Source: a virus (taxonomy: Duplodnaviria > Caudoviricetes). Taken from it: a DNA stretch of 56,556 nt. The notes beneath the pieces are model-generated. The model saw only the letters and a program-made list of their open reading frames with translations, had not been told where the DNA came from and did not search any database. Shown one piece after another: positions 35,250 through 45,572 of this stretch. The translations under genes and the position numbers were made by a program. How positions within the stretch are numbered: the first letter of the stretch is position 1; every line of letters begins with the position of its first letter. The stretch lies in IMG/VR virus record IMGVR_UViG_3300045944_000167, positions 1 through 56,556 of that record. One strand, 5' to 3'.

Positions 35250-36299
35250 ATGGCACGCAGGCGCAAGCCCGAGCACGCCCATTTGCCGCAGGGCGTGTAT
35301 GAGCATCGCGGCATTTATTTCTGGCGCAATCCGGCTAACAACGAGTGGACCCGGCTGGGCAAGACCTGGGACCGCGATGCCCGCGCGAAGTGGGTCGAGC
35401 TCTCCACCGGGAAGGCTACCGCCGAGGGAACCGTGGGCGAGATGCTCGACTCCTTCCTCGTCTACTGCGAGGGCGAGGTGCGCGCCGGCCGGCGCAGCAT
35501 GGAAACCCACAAGTCGAACCTGGGCGAGGCCGAGATGCTGAAGGCTATCTTCGGGCGCATGCAATACGGGCTCGTCAACTCCAAGCACGCCGCCCGCTAT
35601 CTCCGGAAGCGCACCGACAAGCAGGGGGTGCCGGCGCCGATACGAGCGAACCGGGAGATCGCGCTGCTTTCCTCGGCTTACAGTTGGGCCATGGGAGATG
35701 ACCGCTACGACGTCACGGTTAACCCATGCTATGGGGTGCGCCGGAACAGGGAGAGCCCGCGCGTGCGCTACGTCAGGGCCGAGGAGTTGCGCCAGTTCGA
35801 GCGCCACGGCCCGCGGTGGCTGCGCTGCTACATCATGCTGAAGCGCCTGACGGCGATGCGCCAGGGGAACCTTCTGCGCCTGACCGATGCGAACCTGACC
35901 GCGCGCGGGATCGACTACGTCCAGAACAAGCGCGGCAAGCACCGCCTGGTCGCGTGGAGCCCGTCATTGCGGCGTGTCATAAACGCCATTCTGGCGCTGC
36001 GTCCGGCAATCCCGGAGGGCGTTGCTGCGCTGCCGCGGCCGCTCTTCATGCTGAGGAGAACCGAGAAGGCTTATGCCGGGCGCGCGCTCACCAAGAAGGC
36101 CTTCAAGAGCGAGTGGTATCGCACGATGGAGCGGCACATGAAGGACGGCGGGGAGCGTTTCGTCGAGCACGACATTCGGGCTAAGTCCGGGTCGGACGCC
36201 GAGAGCGACGAGCGTGCCGCCGAGCTCCTGGGCGACACCGTGAAGACCGCGCAGAAGCACTACCGCAGAGGGGTCTCGAAGGTGACGCCCCTGCGCTGA
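35250..36299 (+). CDS. int: Tyrosine integrase
   Basis: Near-identical to 5772-6821. Confidence 0.95.
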   Translation: MARRRKPEHAHLPQGVYEHRGIYFWRNPANNEWTRLGKTWDRDARAKWVELSTGKATAEGTVGEMLDSFLVYCEGEVRAGRRSMETHKSNLGEAEMLKAIFGRMQYGLVNSKHAARYLRKRTDKQGVPAPIRANREIALLSSAYSWAMGDDRYDVTVNPCYGVRRNRESPRVRYVRAEELRQFERHGPRWLRCYIMLKRLTAMRQGNLLRLTDANLTARGIDYVQNKRGKHRLVAWSPSLRRVINAILALRPAIPEGVAALPRPLFMLRRTEKAYAGRALTKKAFKSEWYRTMERHMKDGGERFVEHDIRAKSGSDAESDERAAELLGDTVKTAQKHYRRGVSKVTPLR

Positions 36300-36309
36300 T
36301 TAAGGGCTT

Positions 36310-36524
36310 TATTTTTGGCAAATCCGATTATTTTTGGCAAATTCAAAAACGTCGCTTGTAAGTCATTGATTTTGGGGTGGCTGATGGGACTCGAACCCAC
36401 AACACCTGGAATCACAATCCCATCCGCATTTACTGATTCGCAAGGCGTTTTCGAGGATTTGCCAAAAATACCGGCCAAAAAAAGGCCAGTGTTATCAAAA
36501 GCCGCTTTCTTCATTTTTGGCAAT
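36310..36524. other. attP with arm-type sites and IHF box
   Basis: Same arrangement as 6832-7046. Confidence 0.85.
36373..36420 (-). repeat. att core = 3' half of tRNA-His(GTG)
   Basis: Identical to 6895-6942. Confidence 0.9.
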
Positions 36525-36528
36525 CATC

Positions 36529-36780
36529 ATGAGACCTACCCGCAAGCTGACCGACAGCCGCTGCCAGTGCTCGGGATGCGGTGAGTATTTCAACTCGGAC
36601 GCCGCCTTCGACATGCACCGGGTCGGGCGCTTTGGCGTGGACCGTCGCTGCATGACCCCGGATGACATGCGCGCCGCCGGCATGGCAAAGACGACCGATG
36701 ATTGGTGGGTTACCAGGCCCTACGATGGCCCCGTGCGCTCCGACGGTGACGCGCAGGACGCATCGGCGGCACCCGGGTAG
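36529..36780 (+). CDS. Small zinc-binding protein (FDxHR-type)
   Basis: CSGCGEYFNS..AFDMHR. Confidence 0.75.
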   Translation: MRPTRKLTDSRCQCSGCGEYFNSDAAFDMHRVGRFGVDRRCMTPDDMRAAGMAKTTDDWWVTRPYDGPVRSDGDAQDASAAPG

Positions 36781-36782
36781 CC

Positions 36783-36962
36783 CTACCACACAGGCCCCCC
36801 CGGCCGGCTCGGGCTATCCGGGGGAGCCGCGACCGGCGCGAGCTGCTGGCCCGTGAGCTTCAGCCACAGCGGCAACGCCTCGCCGAGCGGGCGCGTCGTC
36901 AAAACTTGCACCATGTAGGCCACTTCCTGGTCATTCATCGTGCCGTTCAGCTTGTCGCTCAT
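36783..36962 (-). CDS. Hypothetical protein downstream of tail fibre (59 aa)
   Basis: Homolog of 7344-7529. Confidence 0.7.
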   Translation of the reverse strand: MSDKLNGTMNDQEVAYMVQVLTTRPLGEALPLWLKLTGQQLAPVAAPPDSPSRPGGPVW

Positions 36963-38101
36963 GCGCCCTCCAATTTGACGATGCGCTCGTTGAGAGTCTT
37001 GACCGCGTTGACGAGTGCATACGTCAGCGCATTGGCGTCCAGCGTTCGCATGTCATCGAACTCCAGATCGCCCAGCTTGTCCTTGCGCGTCGTCACCATC
37101 TCTGGCATGGCGCACTCGGCTTCCTGCCCGATCAGCCCCACGTATTTAACCGAAGGATCGCGCCCGGTCTCGGCTTTGAAGTTATAGGTGACGGGGCGCA
37201 ACGCCAGCACCGCATCCAGCCCGCTCGTATAGTCAGCGATGTCGTCCTTAATGCGCCCGTCGGAGCTGTCCACCCACGGCCCCCCACCGGGTTTATAGCC
37301 CTGCGTCTTGACTATAAACGCACCATTGCCGTCGCTAACGAACAATTGCACGTTTGCCGCATTGCGATAACTCAAGCTTCCGTTTGCGGTATCGAATTGC
37401 AGCCGCCAGCCATCCGCCTGAAATCTCAGCGACCGCTCGCCTGCCACAGTAGAGACCAGCCCCAAATTGCTCCCGCCCGTCCCCGCAAAAAGGTTACCGT
37501 CACAAATAACCTGCCCCGTGAAATTGTGGCTCGGCGCGTAGTAGTGAATCGGTTTCGCCGTGCCACTGCCAATTGGAAACGAATGCACCCTGCATTCCGT
37601 TGGGTTCACATAAATCTGGAATATCGAGCCATTCGCGCCCGGAGTGTCAGAAAGGGCCAATGTCGATCCCCCGCTTGCTCGCGGCCACAGAGACAAAATT
37701 GTCTCTACGGGATTCCCGGTTGAAAACTGCGCGGTTCTTGCGCTACTCGCCGCCAAAGTCATATCGCCGCCATCAAAGCGATACCACCCCAGCCCCGGCT
37801 CGTTGGCGAACGCAATCGACGGCGCCCCCACCGTGCCGTCGGGAAACAGCGTTGCATTGCGCTGGTTGGTCGTCGAATTGAACGAGCCGATCAGCACATC
37901 ACCGCTCGCGGTCGCCATCTTGAGCCGCCAATCCGCCGCGCTCGCCTGGTCAACCCACAAAAGACCCGGCGTCGCATAGGCCGGGCGCGCTACGCCCGCG
38001 TGCGTCGTATGCAGCGCATCGCGCCACTGGTTCAAGTCGGCAGCGAGCTCGGTGCCGGTCTTGACGTTCGGGTCGATGGTGCCGAAATTGAACTGGCTCA
38101 T
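36959..38101 (-). CDS. Tail fibre with S74 chaperone
   Basis: Start MSQFNFG; SDGRIKDDI; divergent middle. Confidence 0.88.
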   Translation of the reverse strand: MSQFNFGTIDPNVKTGTELAADLNQWRDALHTTHAGVARPAYATPGLLWVDQASAADWRLKMATASGDVLIGSFNSTTNQRNATLFPDGTVGAPSIAFANEPGLGWYRFDGGDMTLAASSARTAQFSTGNPVETILSLWPRASGGSTLALSDTPGANGSIFQIYVNPTECRVHSFPIGSGTAKPIHYYAPSHNFTGQVICDGNLFAGTGGSNLGLVSTVAGERSLRFQADGWRLQFDTANGSLSYRNAANVQLFVSDGNGAFIVKTQGYKPGGGPWVDSSDGRIKDDIADYTSGLDAVLALRPVTYNFKAETGRDPSVKYVGLIGQEAECAMPEMVTTRKDKLGDLEFDDMRTLDANALTYALVNAVKTLNERIVKLEGA

Positions 38102-41100
38102 GCTGCTCTCCTCGTAAGGACTCTCGTGACCGGCTGACGCCGCGGGCCTGCACGCCTGCGCAGCATCCCCTCGACGATCCGGGTGCTCTGCGCGCCGTAG
38201 CCCTTGGCGAGCCAGTCGAACTGGCGCGCGACCGATGCGCCCCCGTTCAGGAACTCGATGTCGAAGCCGTTGCGGTCTGAATTCGTTATCACGTGCCGGT
38301 CGCCCGCGCTCACGCTGTCGCTCGTGATCGCAATCGCGGGTCGTTCCTTGAACGCCGGCTCGTAGATGACGCGCATGCCCCCGACCGGGCACGCCACGTC
38401 GTATACGCCGTCTATGCGGTCGGTCATGTCGATCTCGATCTGCGCGCCCACGATCGAAGCGCCCACGTCCGCGACCGCATCCGGGCCGATGTATTCAGCG
38501 ATCAGGCGGAACTGGAACACCTGCCCGATGTAGTCGCCGACCTGGAAGCGCCGCCACGGGCCGAACTCCGACTCGCCGAATCCGATAGGCGTCGCGCTCG
38601 CGAGCGGATTCCAGTCTGCCATTACGCGGGCAACCTCCACCCATCTGATCTCATGCCACACGTCGATCAGCTCGGCGATGTTCGACCCGTCGCCCGTGTC
38701 CAGCACGACCGAGCCCGCGATCGGCGCAGCGGATGCGAGCGGCACCCAGCGCGCCATGATGGAATTGAAGCTCACGCCGCCCGCGACGATCTTCGAGGTA
38801 AAGCGCGTCTGATAGATCGCGCCGCCGTCGTAGAGCTCGTCGTAGTAATACTCGGCGCGCTGGTGATAGACGCCATCCGATAGCGCGATCGTGCGGAGGC
38901 TTCCGCCCGCGACCTCGAAATTGCCCTTTGATCCCGGCCAGCCCTCGGGCTTGTCGTCCCAGGTCGCGATGACGTTAAGCTGCCAGATGTTCTCGCCGGG
39001 CGTGAAGGCCGCGGCGAAGCCGTCCGAGCGGTTGCCGCTCGTGTCCACGCACTTGATGAAGTAGGTTCCGAGGCGCGTGGGCACATCCATCGAGCGCGTC
39101 GGGTAGGCGATCTGCGGCGCGAGCACCGTTGACTGCGCGTAGCTCGCGTCCTCGATCAACGGCGAGTAGCGGACTTCGTAATAGTCCACGTCCGGCGCGG
39201 CAGGATGGTCCCAGTTGAGCGTTATCGTGTCGCGCTTGAGATCCAGGTCCAGATACGGCGGCGGCGCGGGCTTCGTCGTGTCGCCGATGATCGTGTCGCA
39301 GGTTGCAGGCGTCTCCGAGAGCGTGCGCTTGGCGCCGAAGGAATTTACCCCGAGCACGCGCACGCAGAAGCGCGTGCCGACGTAGTGGCGCATGGTCGCG
39401 ACATCGATCGCGTGTATCCACTCGAAATTCGGCGACGCGCTCCTCCCGAGCAGCACCTGGGCGCCCGTCGTGTTCAAATCCCAGTCGAGCCATATTTCGT
39501 AGCTGACGAAGGTCGGCGCGACGTATTGCCGCCAGTCGAAGCTGATCGTCAGCAGTGGTCTACGCGCGGCATAGACCAGCGTCTGCAGGATCGTCACGCG
39601 CGGGATCGGCGGGGGCGCGATGAGCGAGAGATCGTCATCGACCACCGGATCGTATGGCGGGATCGCGCCCTGGTCCGCGCCGAAGATCGCCCCGCCCGCG
39701 TAGGGGACGAGCGTCAACGTCGCGGCGGCGTCCGACTGCGGCGCGATGGCGGCGACCAGGAACGGATAGGTGATGTGGTCCATCTCGCCCCACACGTGGA
39801 GATCGCCCACCTGCACGTTGCCGATCGGCGCGGCGGGCGCGACGGTGTAGGCGTCCAACTGCGCGCCGAACTGGCCTTGCTGGATCACGCCGTTAAGCGA
39901 GCGGATCGTGTAGCCGAAGGCGCCGGGGTTGCCGCCAAAGTCCACCGGCTCGGTCAGCGTCCACTGGTCGGCGAGCCCGCCCCCGGTGTAATGCACGTCC
40001 TTGATGCGCGATGGAAGTCCGCCCAACTTCGGCACGTCGTGCGCGACATGCACGAGATCGCCGCGCGTGCAGATGAGGTTTTCCCAATCGACCTCGAGCG
40101 TCCAGGCCTCCTGGCGGTGGATGCCCTGCGCCATGCGGTAGCGCGCGTCGCACCACACCTGGCCCTCGCGCGTCACGCCGGGGAGCTCGATCACCTCGAA
40201 TACGCTTGAATTGCCCAGACTGTAGCCGTCGTTATAGACGGTGAACTCTTCCACCTTCCAGCTCGCGCTATTCATGAACTTGGCGCGGAAGGCGTGCGGC
40301 GCCTCGATGAAGGTGCGCGAGCCCTTGAAGCCGATCGAGTTGTGCGGCGTGAATACCTGGACGGGCGTCGTCTTGGGCTCGTCGATGATGACGCGGAAGA
40401 GGCCGTCGCCCGGCGCGAGCGTCGCGCGCCCCGCCGCGCTGATGGTCTGCGCGAGAGCGAAGAGCGTCGTGTAGTAATCGACGACGTGATCGAAGCGCGC
40501 CCGCGCGTCTCCCGTGCTCGGGTGGATCGAGTCGCAGTAGTTCGCCCACGCCTCGAAGCTCGCGAGGTCGAGCTTCGCCTGCGAGACCGGGCGCTTGTTC
40601 ATCTTCCCGGTCAGCACTTCCCACAGGCACCAGGCCGGATTCCTCGAGAGCTCGTAGGACCACGCGCCGGCGCGCCTTACCCACAGATAGGACTGCGCGA
40701 AGCACGAGAGATCCTCCAGCGTGCCGTTCACCTGGTCGTTGGCCTTGACGCGGAGCTCGAGGAGCGTGTGCTCGTTTCGCAGGTTGATCGCCGGCACCGT
40801 GCCGCTGATCGATGACACGCCCGCGAAGATCATGTCGCCGTAGGTGAACTGCTCGTCGCCGGCGCCCTGGGTCTGGCGCGCACGGATCGAGAATCGCTGG
40901 CCCTCGACGTGCGCCGCGGTCGGGCGCACCGTGACCGAGAGCGCCAGCTGCTGGATGCGCGAATCGCGGACCTCGTAGGTATTGGTCGCCGTGTGATAGG
41001 CGAGCACCGTCTGCGGCGGATCGTATTGCAGCCATTCGCCCTCGCCCTCGTAGTGCGTCACCTGGGTAACGAACTCGGTTTGCAGCGGAGGAGAGATGTT

Positions 41101-42351
41101 GTGCGTCTGGCGCGAGGTCGTGACGTTGCCGAGAATCGTATAGGTCGTGCCGTTGTAGATGAAGGTCGAGCCATACGGCATCGGGACCGACTGCGAGCGC
41201 AGCTCCAGGACCTGAGTGCCGGGCGGGTAGCCGGTCGTGGTCGAAGTAAGGCGCATGGCGCGCAGGTCGCCGTCGCCGCCGTCGTCGGGATTGCCCCAGG
41301 AGCCCTCCTGCCGCAGGAGCTCGCCGCCCGTGACCTCGACATTCGCGGAATCAGTGGCGGGCATGATGTTGCGCGACGAATGCCAGTAGTGCGCCGACTG
41401 CAGCGGATACCAGGCGCCCGAGCCGTAGGGCGACCACTCGATCTGAAAGCGCACGATGTTCTGACCCTGCGCGCCGGTATCCCGGTTGATCGTGGCGATG
41501 CCGGTCGGAAAGACGAACGTCGCCACGAAGTAGGCCGTGTCGGGCTGCGTGTCGACGGTGCTCCAGCCGTCGTTCAGGATCAGGCTGTAGGCGTCCTCGT
41601 GGCGCGCGCCCCAATACCAGAGGAGCCCCGGCGCCTTGGTGTTGCGGTGGACGTAGTAGCTCGCGTTCTGGAAGTAGCCGATGTGGCTCGCGCCGATGCG
41701 AACGTCGCTCACCTCGTAGTCGCCCGCGCCGATGTCGTAGAGCGTCGTCAGGTATTGGTCGTCGCCCGATATTTCCGAGTAGGGACGGCCGGCGATGACG
41801 GGATAGATGCGGTGCGTGCCGAAGATGCGCCGCACCGGGCCGTAGGGGTCGAGCAGATTCGACTGCCCCTGCAGCGAGTAGGTCGGCGATGACGAGGCCG
41901 AGCTCGTCGAGGCGCTCGCCGCGGAGATCGACGGCTGAGAGGGCTTGAAAATCGCCCCCAGCGCCATGTTGGCGACGAAGCCGATCGCCGTGCCGAGCGC
42001 AGCTTGTGCAGTGATGCCGAACGCGAGCACCGTGCCGCCCGAAGCCCCAAGTATTGCGCCCGCCGCCATCGGCGCGACGATGGCGATGGCAATCGAGGCG
42101 ATCAGCGCGAGCGGGTTCTTCTTGCCCCCGCCCTTGCCCGGCACGATGGCGACGATGACCTGGGCGTGCTCCTTCGGCGTGACGTGCGCCCACAGGTGCC
42201 GCGGCACCGGGACGCCGTTGATCGCGCACAGCACGTATTCGCGGTCGATCCCGGCCGGCGCGAAGCCATCGACGAGCTCGGCGCACGTCAGCCCCTCCTC
42301 GGCAAAGCCGAGAGAGCGCCGCTTATCGAGACGCTGCGTCAGGACCTCCAT
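38098..42351 (-). CDS. Central tail tip protein (J-like)
   Basis: Homolog of 8647-12903. Confidence 0.88.
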   Translation of the reverse strand: MEVLTQRLDKRRSLGFAEEGLTCAELVDGFAPAGIDREYVLCAINGVPVPRHLWAHVTPKEHAQVIVAIVPGKGGGKKNPLALIASIAIAIVAPMAAGAILGASGGTVLAFGITAQAALGTAIGFVANMALGAIFKPSQPSISAASASTSSASSSPTYSLQGQSNLLDPYGPVRRIFGTHRIYPVIAGRPYSEISGDDQYLTTLYDIGAGDYEVSDVRIGASHIGYFQNASYYVHRNTKAPGLLWYWGARHEDAYSLILNDGWSTVDTQPDTAYFVATFVFPTGIATINRDTGAQGQNIVRFQIEWSPYGSGAWYPLQSAHYWHSSRNIMPATDSANVEVTGGELLRQEGSWGNPDDGGDGDLRAMRLTSTTTGYPPGTQVLELRSQSVPMPYGSTFIYNGTTYTILGNVTTSRQTHNISPPLQTEFVTQVTHYEGEGEWLQYDPPQTVLAYHTATNTYEVRDSRIQQLALSVTVRPTAAHVEGQRFSIRARQTQGAGDEQFTYGDMIFAGVSSISGTVPAINLRNEHTLLELRVKANDQVNGTLEDLSCFAQSYLWVRRAGAWSYELSRNPAWCLWEVLTGKMNKRPVSQAKLDLASFEAWANYCDSIHPSTGDARARFDHVVDYYTTLFALAQTISAAGRATLAPGDGLFRVIIDEPKTTPVQVFTPHNSIGFKGSRTFIEAPHAFRAKFMNSASWKVEEFTVYNDGYSLGNSSVFEVIELPGVTREGQVWCDARYRMAQGIHRQEAWTLEVDWENLICTRGDLVHVAHDVPKLGGLPSRIKDVHYTGGGLADQWTLTEPVDFGGNPGAFGYTIRSLNGVIQQGQFGAQLDAYTVAPAAPIGNVQVGDLHVWGEMDHITYPFLVAAIAPQSDAAATLTLVPYAGGAIFGADQGAIPPYDPVVDDDLSLIAPPPIPRVTILQTLVYAARRPLLTISFDWRQYVAPTFVSYEIWLDWDLNTTGAQVLLGRSASPNFEWIHAIDVATMRHYVGTRFCVRVLGVNSFGAKRTLSETPATCDTIIGDTTKPAPPPYLDLDLKRDTITLNWDHPAAPDVDYYEVRYSPLIEDASYAQSTVLAPQIAYPTRSMDVPTRLGTYFIKCVDTSGNRSDGFAAAFTPGENIWQLNVIATWDDKPEGWPGSKGNFEVAGGSLRTIALSDGVYHQRAEYYYDELYDGGAIYQTRFTSKIVAGGVSFNSIMARWVPLASAAPIAGSVVLDTGDGSNIAELIDVWHEIRWVEVARVMADWNPLASATPIGFGESEFGPWRRFQVGDYIGQVFQFRLIAEYIGPDAVADVGASIVGAQIEIDMTDRIDGVYDVACPVGGMRVIYEPAFKERPAIAITSDSVSAGDRHVITNSDRNGFDIEFLNGGASVARQFDWLAKGYGAQSTRIVEGMLRRRAGPRRQPVTRVLTRRAA

Positions 42352-42737
42352 CGATAGGTCCCGTAGATGCGGTCACGCCAGCGGATGCTCTGCACCTTCT
42401 CAATGACCGAGTTGTGCCCCTCGTCTATGTGCAGCATGAGGCCGTCTCCGACATAGACAGCGCAATGCCAGGGACCTTTGGCGATACGGAACACCAGCAC
42501 GTCCCCGAACACAGGCTCGCCCTCGCGCGGCCGCCAGTCAGGGATAGCCTTGACGATTGCGCCGCTCGAGGAGATCGGATCGAGTGAGGAATCGTAGAGC
42601 GCCATATAGTCAGGCACTGTCACGCCGAGCTCCTGGGCGTAGAAGTAACGCACGAGCTGCCAGCAGTCGAGCCCGGTCGCCGGGTCGGTGCCCTTGTCCT
42701 TGTAGGGAATGCCGACGTAGCGGGTGAAGTCGCGCAT
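42339..42737 (-). CDS. NlpC/P60 tail protein
   Basis: GLDCWQLV..HCAVY. Confidence 0.88.
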   Translation of the reverse strand: MRDFTRYVGIPYKDKGTDPATGLDCWQLVRYFYAQELGVTVPDYMALYDSSLDPISSSGAIVKAIPDWRPREGEPVFGDVLVFRIAKGPWHCAVYVGDGLMLHIDEGHNSVIEKVQSIRWRDRIYGTYRWRS

Positions 42738-43210
42738 CAGAAAAAGATGCCCGGAAATTGCGCGGGGTCGTAGCTGTCCGCGGGATAGGGCGCGTTCAGC
42801 AGGTCGCCCGACACGAGGCGACCGCTGATCGTCTGCATGTCGTAGCTGATGTCCATCAGTTGCATGTCGGTGAGGCTCTGCTCGATCACGTCCGGCGTCA
42901 TCGACAGCACGGCATACAGGTTGATGCTCGGCGCGCTCGCGAGCCCGCGTATCACGTCGATCAGCACGCGGTCGACGTTGGTGAACTCGACTTCCGCGCT
43001 CGGCAGGGTCTGCCCGTCGTCGATGGCGAGTGTCACCCTGAACTCGTAACGGGTCCACACGACGCCGAGCGCGACGATATCTTCGGTATTGTTGACGAAG
43101 CGATAGGGAACGGGGAGCTCCGGGTGCGTGATCTCGATCAGATAAAACCACGCCGCGCCGCTCTGGAGCGAATTGATCTGTATTACGGCGTTGGCGGAAA
43201 GCGACCTCAC
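42737..43210 (-). CDS. Tail tip protein (DUF1833-like)
   Basis: Homolog of 13286-13759. Confidence 0.8.
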   Translation of the reverse strand: MRSLSANAVIQINSLQSGAAWFYLIEITHPELPVPYRFVNNTEDIVALGVVWTRYEFRVTLAIDDGQTLPSAEVEFTNVDRVLIDVIRGLASAPSINLYAVLSMTPDVIEQSLTDMQLMDISYDMQTISGRLVSGDLLNAPYPADSYDPAQFPGIFF

Positions 43211-43563
43211 GGCAGGAGCTCGAGCCGGAACGCCGCGCGCCAGGCGATGCCGAGCGCGGTGTAGACGGGCGGCGAGGCGAAGCGAAAGAGCAGCGACGCG
43301 CCCGTGATCGGGTGCGCCATCGAGATCGTGTCGGTGCCGCCCTGGCAGGTGATGTAGTAGAAATCGCGCAGGCTCTGATACTCGGCGGCATCGCGCAGCA
43401 CGATGTTGCACTCGTAGGTGCGAACCGGGTTGATGAAGCGCCGGCGCACCTTGGGCGGCCCGGTGTCCATGTCGGAGCGGATCGTCACTTCCTGCGGCGT
43501 CTCGGTGAACGCGTCGGAAGTGAACGCTTCGCTGATATTCGGGGGCCACGGATTGGCGGGCAT
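43207..43563 (-). CDS. Distal tail protein
   Basis: Homolog of 13756-14112. Confidence 0.8.
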   Translation of the reverse strand: MPANPWPPNISEAFTSDAFTETPQEVTIRSDMDTGPPKVRRRFINPVRTYECNIVLRDAAEYQSLRDFYYITCQGGTDTISMAHPITGASLLFRFASPPVYTALGIAWRAAFRLELLP

Positions 43564-45572
43564 CAGCGCGCTCCCTGGCGGTTCAAGCCGTAGGTCGAGC
43601 CCATCACGCCGTCGAACGCGCCCGAGCGGAATCCCGCGCTGACGGCATCGCGCACCATGATCTCGATCATGCGGTTCCCGTTGACATCGCGGCTGCTCTT
43701 CGTCTCGACCTGCGCGCGCGTCTCGTTGTAGACGTTGACGGTGACGCCCGCGCCGCTCGCATCGACGCCGAGCGAGCCGTCGGGGCCGCGCGAGAGCGGC
43801 ATGATCGCCTCGGGGCCGGCTTCCGCGAACACGCCGCCCTTGGCGAAGGTGAACGCGCGCGGTGAATCGTAGACGCCGTTCGAATACCTCGAGAGCGAGG
43901 GCGAGTCGTAGACGCCGCCTAGCGCGTTGGCGGTGATGCCCCCAGCGCCACTCTTCAGCCAGCCCTTGAACCCGGCCATGAGCGGCTCGATGAGCATCAT
44001 CTGCGTCGCCATCTTCGCGAGATCGCGCAGGATCGAGTTCGCCATGTCGCCGAACGAGTCCGCTGCGGTGTCCGCGCCGGAAGCGAAGTCCACGAGCGCA
44101 TCGGAGATCGACTTCGAGTAGCCGTCCACCTTGTCGCCGAGCGACTCGAGCAGTTTCTCCATGTCGCTCGCCGTCTTGGCGGTGTCCTCGCTCGTCTTGC
44201 GCTGTATTCCGTTCACCCTGTCTAGCGCGGTCTGGTATTGCTGCAGCGTGATGGTCCCTTCGAAGTAGGCCGCGTCCAGCATTTCCACGGTCTCGAGGAG
44301 CTTCGCCGCGCCCGTGACCCCGGTCAGGTCGTCGATCTTCGCTTTCTGCTCCTCGAGCACCTGCGTCCAGCTCTTGCCGCCGTTCGCTGCGAGCCCCTGC
44401 GCGCGCTCGAGCTGAATCGTGAGCTCGATGGACTCGACGAGCGACTTGTTGCCCTCCTGCAGCATGCGCAGTTGTTCGCGCGCTTCGCGTTCGGCGTCGT
44501 CGCGCCTTGCCTTGCCCGCGCCCGTGGCAGCGGCGGCCGGCGTGTAGTCGAGTTGTGCGGGTGGCGCGACCGTCGTCCGGCGCTGCGACGGCGGCAGCAG
44601 GGCTAGCGCCTCCTCCCGCTGCAGATACTTGACGTATTCGATCCGCTTCCTGAGCTCCTCGTTCTGCGCGTGCAGGTTGGGAAGCAACCCGGTGCGGCCC
44701 TGCGCGATGGCGCGCGCGGTCATCTCGTTGTTCTTGTCCAGTTCCTTGTTGAGCTTCGCCAGGTTCTCGGCGGGCGTCAGGAACGTATTAATCTTGCTCT
44801 GCATCTGCAGTGCGGCAAAGAATCCGCCAGCGATGCGGGTAGCCTCGTTGAATTCATTGATCGTCTTTTGCAGCCACGGGACGAGCTCGCGCGCGAGCGC
44901 GGCGGCGGTTTCCTGAAGGTCATTGGTCAGGCGGCGGATCGACTTCTGCAATTCCTCCGACGCCGCCGCCTGCTCTGCGGTCACTTTCGCGGTGATCCCG
45001 GTCTCGGTCGCGAGGTCCCGCATGTAGGGCAGGACTTCGGCGGCGTTCTTGCCGAGGATCGCCATGATGGCGGCGCTCTTCGCACCGCTGTCGGCGAACC
45101 CGTTGAACGCGATCGACATCTGCTTGAAGGCTTCCGCCGGATCGAGCCCGCGCAGTTGCTCCACCGAGAGCCCGACCGCCTTCAGCGCCGCCTGCGCCTT
45201 CTTCGATTCCTCGTCGTTCTGGTGCAGCGCCTTGTTGAGCTTGGTGATGGCGGTCTCGACCGTGCCCATATCGGTGCCCGATATGCGCGCGACCTGCTGG
45301 AGTTCGGAGAGATTCTCCACGCTGGCACCGGTCTTCTCGGCGAGATCGTCGAGCGCCGCGGCGGCGTCGATGCTCTTCTCCACGAAGGCGACGATCACGC
45401 CGACCGAGAAGGCGGCGAGCAGTTGCTGCCCGAACCCGGCTACCGCCGCCTCGAGCGAGGAAAACTGCTTCTCCAGTGCTGACGTGCTGCTCTGCACCTT
45501 CTTCAGTTGCGCGAGCGAGTCCTGGGCGAGCTTGACCTGGAGCTCGTAGATCCGGGTCGTGGTCTCGGCCAT
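43563..45572 (-). CDS. Tape measure protein (669 aa)
   Basis: Same termini as 14112-16268, divergent body. Confidence 0.92.
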   Translation of the reverse strand: MAETTTRIYELQVKLAQDSLAQLKKVQSSTSALEKQFSSLEAAVAGFGQQLLAAFSVGVIVAFVEKSIDAAAALDDLAEKTGASVENLSELQQVARISGTDMGTVETAITKLNKALHQNDEESKKAQAALKAVGLSVEQLRGLDPAEAFKQMSIAFNGFADSGAKSAAIMAILGKNAAEVLPYMRDLATETGITAKVTAEQAAASEELQKSIRRLTNDLQETAAALARELVPWLQKTINEFNEATRIAGGFFAALQMQSKINTFLTPAENLAKLNKELDKNNEMTARAIAQGRTGLLPNLHAQNEELRKRIEYVKYLQREEALALLPPSQRRTTVAPPAQLDYTPAAAATGAGKARRDDAEREAREQLRMLQEGNKSLVESIELTIQLERAQGLAANGGKSWTQVLEEQKAKIDDLTGVTGAAKLLETVEMLDAAYFEGTITLQQYQTALDRVNGIQRKTSEDTAKTASDMEKLLESLGDKVDGYSKSISDALVDFASGADTAADSFGDMANSILRDLAKMATQMMLIEPLMAGFKGWLKSGAGGITANALGGVYDSPSLSRYSNGVYDSPRAFTFAKGGVFAEAGPEAIMPLSRGPDGSLGVDASGAGVTVNVYNETRAQVETKSSRDVNGNRMIEIMVRDAVSAGFRSGAFDGVMGSTYGLNRQGAR

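Larger units (their letters stand above)
6895..36420. mobile_element. Temperate siphophage unit X (att core to att core, 29,478 bp period)
   Basis: One full set of tail, head, packaging, replication, immunity and integration genes between two identical 48-bp tRNA-His-derived cores. Confidence 0.85.

Noticed and set aside
6895-36420. Capsid-forming PICI or gene transfer agent
   Set aside because: Full tail module plus own integrase, immunity and cos-type packaging fit an autonomous temperate phage better
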